In this document: positions 58,516 through 64,000 of the stretch, piece after piece
Numbering within the stretch: position 1 is the first letter of the stretch
How the letters are laid out: each line of letters starts with the position of its first letter
IMG/VR virus record: IMGVR_UViG_3300026116_000037
Source: an uncultured virus (IMG/VR IMGVR_UViG_3300026116_000037)
Lineage: Duplodnaviria; Heunggongvirae; Uroviricota; Caudoviricetes
Direction: 5' to 3' (one strand)
DNA length: 64,000 bases
Made by a program: the position numbers and the translations under genes
The notes under the pieces: model-generated
Seen by the model: the letters and a program-made list of their open reading frames with translations, nothing else
The model's database searches: none
Told to the model about the DNA's origin: nothing

Positions 58516-59549
58516 GTTGTTGCGATTGGGCCCGACGAGGCTCGTGGGCGGCGGAGCAACTCTTAGCCAAGCTCGGGCATCCGATCACTAAATCGTTGGA
58601 TCCGCTGGATCCTTCCGACTTCGTCCTGATCTCCGTGCGCTTAGCGCGCGCCCTGCGCGGCGCCGCCATCGGCACCGAGGGCGCGACTATCAAAGCGGCC
58701 ATAGAGGCGCTTGATGTCGACTGGCCCACCATCTCCGAGGACCGACGCGACCAAATCATCGCGGCCGCGCGCGCTGAGGTGGCCGGTCTCGCCGTCCGCG
58801 TTCCGCCTTTGGTCGAGCCCATCCTCGAACGGTCGGCGTCGAGTCTAGTTCCGCTCACCCGCAAGGCGGCGATCAGTCTGTACGATCTGAACCTGGAGCA
58901 GTCCGCTGAATGGGCGGCCAGTCTAGTCGAATCTCTTCGAGATAGTCAGATGGTCTATGTGAAATCGCAGTTTGATACCCGCGCCACGCTTTTCGACTCG
59001 GCTGCAAAGGACGTCGTCCGCTCCGGCCTGGAGAGCGGGCTGGGCCGCGACGACATCAGTGAGGCCCTCTCGACAAAGTTGACTCCGCTGGGTGTCGAGC
59101 GCGGGACCGACTACTGGAACTTGATCGCCACGGACTTTTCTAACAAGACTCGCACCACGTCCCAGCTCAGCACTTTTTCGGACGCCGGTGTTAAGCGCTA
59201 CAAATATGACGCCGTGATGGATCAGGCGACTAGCGAATTTTGCCGCCTTCTCAATGGGCGAGTTTTTTCCGTGGAGAAGGCGCGCAAACGAACTTATCAA
59301 GCGCTAGCGCTTCGCGATCCGGAAGAGATCCGGGACGCTATGCCGTGGGTGCAACAAAGCGGCTCGCGTCTCTATTTTCGTCGCGGCGGCGAGCAACATC
59401 CCGTTGCGCACGTCGATAGTCCTGGAGTCGGATCGCTGGACAATCCGGGAAATTATTCCGACGTCATGTCTAACAAACAGTTGGAAGCGGCGGGCGTAAC
59501 AGTTCCTCCGCGACACGGTCACTGCCGTTCAACGATCACCGCCGTTTGA
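58512..59549 (+). CDS. head morphogenesis protein (SPP1 gp7 / Mu F-like)
   Basis: AVMDQATSEFCRLLNG, PPRHGHCRS. Confidence 0.85.
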   Translation: MSCCDWARRGSWAAEQLLAKLGHPITKSLDPLDPSDFVLISVRLARALRGAAIGTEGATIKAAIEALDVDWPTISEDRRDQIIAAARAEVAGLAVRVPPLVEPILERSASSLVPLTRKAAISLYDLNLEQSAEWAASLVESLRDSQMVYVKSQFDTRATLFDSAAKDVVRSGLESGLGRDDISEALSTKLTPLGVERGTDYWNLIATDFSNKTRTTSQLSTFSDAGVKRYKYDAVMDQATSEFCRLLNGRVFSVEKARKRTYQALALRDPEEIRDAMPWVQQSGSRLYFRRGGEQHPVAHVDSPGVGSLDNPGNYSDVMSNKQLEAAGVTVPPRHGHCRSTITAV

Positions 59550-59579
59550 AAACAGAAACAACGAAAGGCACACAAACAA

Positions 59580-59897
59580 ATGCACGTCATCGGCAAGAAG
59601 GAAACGATCCTCAGTCTCTTCCCTCCCGGTCCGGATCTCGGCCGACTTACCAACGGCGTGACGGCCGCTGTTCACCGCAGCTTCGAACAGCAGAGCATGC
59701 GCAATCCTACGAACGACGAGGTAAAGCGGCGCTTCGAAATCTGCGTGAAATGGGCCCTCACGTTCCGAGGGGAGTTGAAGTGGGGGATCCAAAGGATTGT
59801 TGACGAATTGGATAACGTCTTGCGATCGGAGTTGCTCGGCACGCCGTACCAAGTTCCAACACGGCAATGCTGGATTCCGAGCGACGGGGCGATTTAA
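59580..59897 (+). CDS. hypothetical protein in head module
   Basis: GAAAGG SD, coding-strand ORF. Confidence 0.6.
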   Translation: MHVIGKKETILSLFPPGPDLGRLTNGVTAAVHRSFEQQSMRNPTNDEVKRRFEICVKWALTFRGELKWGIQRIVDELDNVLRSELLGTPYQVPTRQCWIPSDGAI

Positions 59898-59971
59898 GCC
59901 CTAAACTTTCCGGCCACCTGTTAAGCTAATGGCTCTGAACCGCGAATTCACCAATCGGGAGACCTGAACAC

Positions 59972-60907
59972 ATGGACAAGTTTTCGTATCTGAATCAGAT
60001 TCGCGGCATCGCCAAGGCGAAGCGCGATCAGTTGTGCCCCCCGCAGACCGCGACCCTGGTGAAGGCCGGCAAGCTGCTCGCTCAGCTGACCGCCGCCTCC
60101 GGGCAGTGCGAGGCCATGGGGCATCCGCTCTCGAAGGAGTTCCGGAAGACCTTGGCCGAGGTGATCCGCGACATGCGGTCGTTCCAGTCCGGCTACGCCT
60201 CGAACGATCCGAGCCAGCAGATCGACGACCTGGCCGCCGCGCCCGCGTTCGCCGAGACGAACACCGTCAAGGTGGACTCCGCCGAGAAGCGCGTCACGGT
60301 CGCCGAGTTCGGCGTCTACTCGCTCAACCTGATCAAGTCGGTCGAGGGACTCGACGTCCCCGAGGCGCTGGCCAGCCTGGACGCGTTCCTTGCCCTCGTG
60401 GACAAGGCCATCCTCGACGCGGACGTCTCCGGCGTCCTGCTCCCGGCCCAGAACGATCCGGCTCAGGTCAAGACGACCGTGAGCAACGGCGCGGTGACCA
60501 GCCTCGCGGGCGGCACCTCGGCTCCGTCGACGGCCTCCTCGAACTTCGCGACGAACCCCGAGGCGGCCAACGGCGCGCCTCCCTCTTCCATGCCCGCCAG
60601 CACTGGCGCCGCAGCGGCCGCAGCGGCTTCGAACACCGTGACGGATCCGACCGTGGTTCCGGCCCCGGCCGGCCCCGGCCCGGCCGCCAGCACCGGCAAC
60701 GTGGCCACCGCGGCCACCGCGGCGGGCGGCGGAGACACGCAGGCCTTCAAGGCGGCCACGGCGCCCGCGGCCGAGCCCACGCCCGAGGAGATCGCCAAGG
60801 CAGCGGCCGGCGCCTCGAACCCGGTCGGCTGGACCCGCGACCTGAACACCCGCGAGTTCATGACCGGCAAGCGTCGTGTGGATTTCGGTAAGGACGGCAG
60901 CAAGTAA
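59972..60907 (+). CDS. Ala-rich head-associated protein
   Basis: C-terminal VGWTRDLN similar to VSWPRDLA of 61770-63008. Confidence 0.6.
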   Translation: MDKFSYLNQIRGIAKAKRDQLCPPQTATLVKAGKLLAQLTAASGQCEAMGHPLSKEFRKTLAEVIRDMRSFQSGYASNDPSQQIDDLAAAPAFAETNTVKVDSAEKRVTVAEFGVYSLNLIKSVEGLDVPEALASLDAFLALVDKAILDADVSGVLLPAQNDPAQVKTTVSNGAVTSLAGGTSAPSTASSNFATNPEAANGAPPSSMPASTGAAAAAAASNTVTDPTVVPAPAGPGPAASTGNVATAATAAGGGDTQAFKAATAPAAEPTPEEIAKAAAGASNPVGWTRDLNTREFMTGKRRVDFGKDGSK

Positions 60908-60919
60908 GGTCCCACTTCG

Positions 60920-61708
60920 GTGAGCGTCGACTATAACAAAGGCGATGTTTCGTTCGTGCGGATGATGATTCCGCACCACGAAACCGCCGTGTCGGCGGCC
61001 GCAGCGGAATTCAAAAGCGCTTCCAGCCCCGAGATCAAGGAGTTGGCGCGAAACATTCTAGCTGGGCAACAGGTCGAGATCGCGCAGATGAAGACTTGGC
61101 TCAACCTACGCGGACTTGCGGAAGCGGATCCAGACGACGCCACTGAAGAGGAGACTACAATGCGGAAGGCCGACGGGGTGCTCGACGCCGACACCGCCCG
61201 GATCATCCGGGCGGCGGCCGGCGTCGGGCCCGACGAGCAGATCGAGATCTTCGAGATCCGCGAAGAGATCACCGAAGGCGCGGCCATCGTCGGCAAAGGC
61301 GCCGAGCCCAGCGTCACCCGCGTGATCAAAGGCGTTCTTCCGGCGGAGGAGCGCTTCGTTTTGGGGATCGTGCTGGAGCCGACGCTCGAAATGGGTCAGC
61401 CGGACTCGCAAAACGACGTCTATTCAGCGGCGGAAATTGAAAAGGCCGCCCACAACTGGATGCAGCGCTACAAACAACTCGGCGTCCAGCACAAAGAAAA
61501 AGCCGACAACAGGATCGAAATTCTCGAATCGTACATCCAGCGCGGAGATACGGTCGTCAACGGACAGATCGTCAAATCCGGGACGTGGTGCATGGCCGTT
61601 CGGGTGGTCGATGATCAGCTTTGGGCGGACGTGAAGGCCGGCAATTTCACCGGGTTCTCAATCGGCGGAATGGCCAATCGACAGCCCGTCGAATCAACGA
61701 CCGCCTAA
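60920..61708 (+). CDS. DUF305 domain fused to XkdF-like prohead serine protease
   Basis: DVSFVRMMIPHHE...QQVEIAQM..WL; D.QND..SA.EIEKAAH, ESY, GTW, TGFSIGG. Confidence 0.8.
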   Translation: MSVDYNKGDVSFVRMMIPHHETAVSAAAAEFKSASSPEIKELARNILAGQQVEIAQMKTWLNLRGLAEADPDDATEEETTMRKADGVLDADTARIIRAAAGVGPDEQIEIFEIREEITEGAAIVGKGAEPSVTRVIKGVLPAEERFVLGIVLEPTLEMGQPDSQNDVYSAAEIEKAAHNWMQRYKQLGVQHKEKADNRIEILESYIQRGDTVVNGQIVKSGTWCMAVRVVDDQLWADVKAGNFTGFSIGGMANRQPVESTTA

Positions 61709-61769
61709 TATATCGAATTCAACCAACGACGCTTTGCCGCGCCTACCGGCGCTAGACTGAGGAGACATC

Positions 61770-63008
61770 ATGCCCCGTTTGACGAGCATCCATAAGAACG
61801 CTTCCGCTTCGGTGGCCGCGGTCGCCAAAGACGGTGATGCCGATGGCGTCCACGAGCTGACGGATCTGCGCGTTCACGAGGTATCGATCGTCGACGCCGC
61901 CGCCAACCGCCGCAAGTTCCTCGTGACGAAGCAGCGCGAAGCGACGGATCCGAATGATCGCGCCGCCGTCGCGGCGAAGATGCAGGCGAAGGCGGCCTCC
62001 GGCAAAGTGTTGCCGGGCGCCGAGCTGGACGCGGCGGATGCCGGCGCGCCAGCCGTCAAAGCGGACGCCCCCGCCGCCGTCGCGGCCCCCGCCGCCGTCG
62101 CGGCCCCCGCCGCCGCCGTCGCGGCCCCCGCCGCCGTCGCGGCCCCCGCCGCCGTCGCGGCCCCCGCCCAGAAGGCCGGCGACGTTACGCCGCTGCCGCC
62201 CGCGAGCGCCGGAAACGCCGTCGCCGCCGTCGAGGCCCTGAACAAGTCGATCGAGGTGGACGTGGTTCCGCAGCTCGACGGCTCGATCGCCATCGCGGTT
62301 TCGGACACCACGCCGGCCCCGACCAGCAACGCGCCAGCCGAGGTTCAGGACAAGATCAAGCTCGCAGTCATGGGCGGGATCGATGCGATCATTGCTCGGC
62401 TCCAGACGCTCAGCGCCGCAGTCGCGGCCTCGAAGGGGACGTGGAGCGATTCCGGCGTGCCACAGGAGCTTTACGGCCTCTGGTACATCCGGGACATGAT
62501 CTCGGCGCTCTACGATATCGGCGGCCCGAGCTGGGAGATCGAGGCGGCCGCCGATGCCGCGATCGAGGGCGCCGGCAACTCGATCGAGATGGCGAAGGCG
62601 CAGCACAAGGCGATCACCGCCTCCCACGTGGGCAAGCTCATGGGCACGCACCGCGCCCTGAAGTTCTGCGCCGCGGATCTGGGCTCTCTGTTGAAGCAGC
62701 TTCAGGGCGTCGTTGCGGTTGCGGCCGCCGCCGAGCCGGCGAAGACCGAGAAGGCCGCCGACGCGATCGATATCTTTTCCGATCCTCGCGTCGTCGAGAT
62801 GCAGAAAGCCGCAACGGAATCGGCGAAGGTGATCGCGGCATTGCGCGCCACCGTCAACGAACAGGCCGCCACAATCGCGAAGGCCCGCAATTCCGTTGCG
62901 CCTTCCAATTCCTTTTCGAACAACCCGACCCGCCCCACCGAAAAAACTGCTACTGTTAGTTGGCCAAGGGATCTCGCCGCGACCGGGCCGACGTCCCGTA
63001 AATTCTAA
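61770..63008 (+). CDS. scaffold-like protein with 18-bp (PAAVAA) tandem repeat
   Basis: LTDLRVHEVSIVDAAANRRKFLVTK; directly upstream of the capsid gene; repeat at ~62070-62168. Confidence 0.6.
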   Translation: MPRLTSIHKNASASVAAVAKDGDADGVHELTDLRVHEVSIVDAAANRRKFLVTKQREATDPNDRAAVAAKMQAKAASGKVLPGAELDAADAGAPAVKADAPAAVAAPAAVAAPAAAVAAPAAVAAPAAVAAPAQKAGDVTPLPPASAGNAVAAVEALNKSIEVDVVPQLDGSIAIAVSDTTPAPTSNAPAEVQDKIKLAVMGGIDAIIARLQTLSAAVAASKGTWSDSGVPQELYGLWYIRDMISALYDIGGPSWEIEAAADAAIEGAGNSIEMAKAQHKAITASHVGKLMGTHRALKFCAADLGSLLKQLQGVVAVAAAAEPAKTEKAADAIDIFSDPRVVEMQKAATESAKVIAALRATVNEQAATIAKARNSVAPSNSFSNNPTRPTEKTATVSWPRDLAATGPTSRKF

Positions 63009-63051
63009 ACCGCAACCAAACCAAGACACCGACCAAGGAGATTCGAACACC

Positions 63052-63987
63052 ATGCTCACCAATGACTCCATTCTGCAAAAGGCCGACATGGCGTTGTCGG
63101 ATCTCACCACGGGCGGGTTGCTCCTGCCGGCGCAGGCTCAGAACTTCATCCGCGTCCTGATCGACGAGGCCGTGATGCTGAAGATGGCGACCGTGACTCC
63201 GATGCGGTCGCAGAAGCAGCGCATGGAGAAGATCAAGTTCGGTTCGCGCATCCTGCGCAACGGAACCTCCGGCGTCGCGCTGTCCGAGGCCGACCGCTCG
63301 AAGCCGGACACGGGCCAGGTCGAGTTGGACACCAAGCTGTTCAAGGCCGAGGTCCGGCTGAACAACGAGGTGTTGGAGGATTCGATCGAGCGTCAGGATC
63401 TCCGTCAGACGATCCTCACCCTCATGGCCGAGCGCATCGCGGTCGACATGGACGAGGTGATCGTCAAGGGTGACACCACGTCGCCGGATCCGTTCCTGGC
63501 GCAGTTCAACGGCCTGCTCGCGTCGATCTCGACGCACACGGTGGACCACGCCGCCGCGACGGCCAACCGCACCCTCTGGAAGAACATGCTCAAGGCCATG
63601 CCTTCGGCGTTCCTCCGCAACAAGAAGGCGCTCCGGTTCCTGACCTCGGTCGACGCCGAGATCGATTACCGCGACTCGCTCGCGGACCGCGCGACCGCCA
63701 ACGTGGGCGATCGCTTCGTGGAGCAGGACGCCCCCTCGATGTATTCGGGCGTGCCGGTCTCCAGCGTTCCGGTGTTCCCCGAGAACATCGGCACGGGCTC
63801 GCACTGCACGGACGCGGTGCTGATCGACCCGAAGAACATCAACGTCGGCGTGTGGCGGGACATCGCCATCGAGACCGACAAGCTGGTCTCCGAGGGCGTG
63901 CTCTTGGTGGTCGCCACCATCCGCTTCGACATGAAGCTGATCGAGGAGACCGCGGCCGTCAAGGGCATCAACATCAGCGTGACCTAA
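63052..63987 (+). CDS. major capsid protein (HK97 fold, XkdG-like)
   Basis: GGLLLPAQAQNFI, EVLEDSIE, QFNGLL, DPKNINVG..RDI; AAGGAG SD before ATG 63052. Confidence 0.88.
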   Translation: MLTNDSILQKADMALSDLTTGGLLLPAQAQNFIRVLIDEAVMLKMATVTPMRSQKQRMEKIKFGSRILRNGTSGVALSEADRSKPDTGQVELDTKLFKAEVRLNNEVLEDSIERQDLRQTILTLMAERIAVDMDEVIVKGDTTSPDPFLAQFNGLLASISTHTVDHAAATANRTLWKNMLKAMPSAFLRNKKALRFLTSVDAEIDYRDSLADRATANVGDRFVEQDAPSMYSGVPVSSVPVFPENIGTGSHCTDAVLIDPKNINVGVWRDIAIETDKLVSEGVLLVVATIRFDMKLIEETAAVKGINISVT

Positions 63988-64000
63988 TTAGGTCGCGAGG

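Overview
This is a 64-kb piece of a GC-rich tailed dsDNA phage or prophage (Caudoviricetes-like). It carries a tyrosine integrase, so it may be temperate. The host is probably myxobacterial or deltaproteobacterial, inferred from an SspB homologue and lipoproteins of myxobacterial style. The genes form two divergent arms meeting at an AT-rich region with a 39-bp inverted repeat (~39.55-39.75 kb). The left arm (minus strand) holds the replication and nucleotide module: an RlmN/Cfr-like radical-SAM enzyme running off the left edge and missed by the ORF track, SSB-like protein, intein-containing class II RNR, adenine MTase, HNH, SNF2-like helicase, integrase, PD-(D/E)XK nuclease, SMR, SspB, Orn, GIY-YIG, 2OG-Fe(II) oxygenase, ATP ligase and primase-helicase. 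A long run of small accessory genes lies upstream of this module (~23.8-39.3 kb). The right arm (plus strand) has an RHH regulator, a sigma70 region-4-like miniprotein, a probable TerS with repeats, ~20 small cassette-like genes (including a bL12 homologue), a T5 A1-like protein, then TerL, portal, head morphogenesis protein, a DUF305-XkdF protease, scaffold and major capsid. The most striking signal is non-coding. (i) There are 14 copies of a sigma28/FliA-like promoter (CCTWAAG-N15-GCCGAT), mostly driving leaderless microgenes, 7 on each arm pointing outward. (ii) There are 6 sigma54 -24/-12 promoters, five of them preceded by a rigidly spaced 50-bp enhancer GTWG-N9-CAAC-N5-CAAC-N7-GTWG-N9-CAAC and one by a degenerate copy. 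(iii) One sigma54 promoter drives a tandem structured RNA with GGA in its hairpin loops and junction linker, a candidate CsrA/RsmA sponge. (iv) There are two anticodon-less tRNA-like elements. All calls come from motif recognition by eye; no database searches were run.
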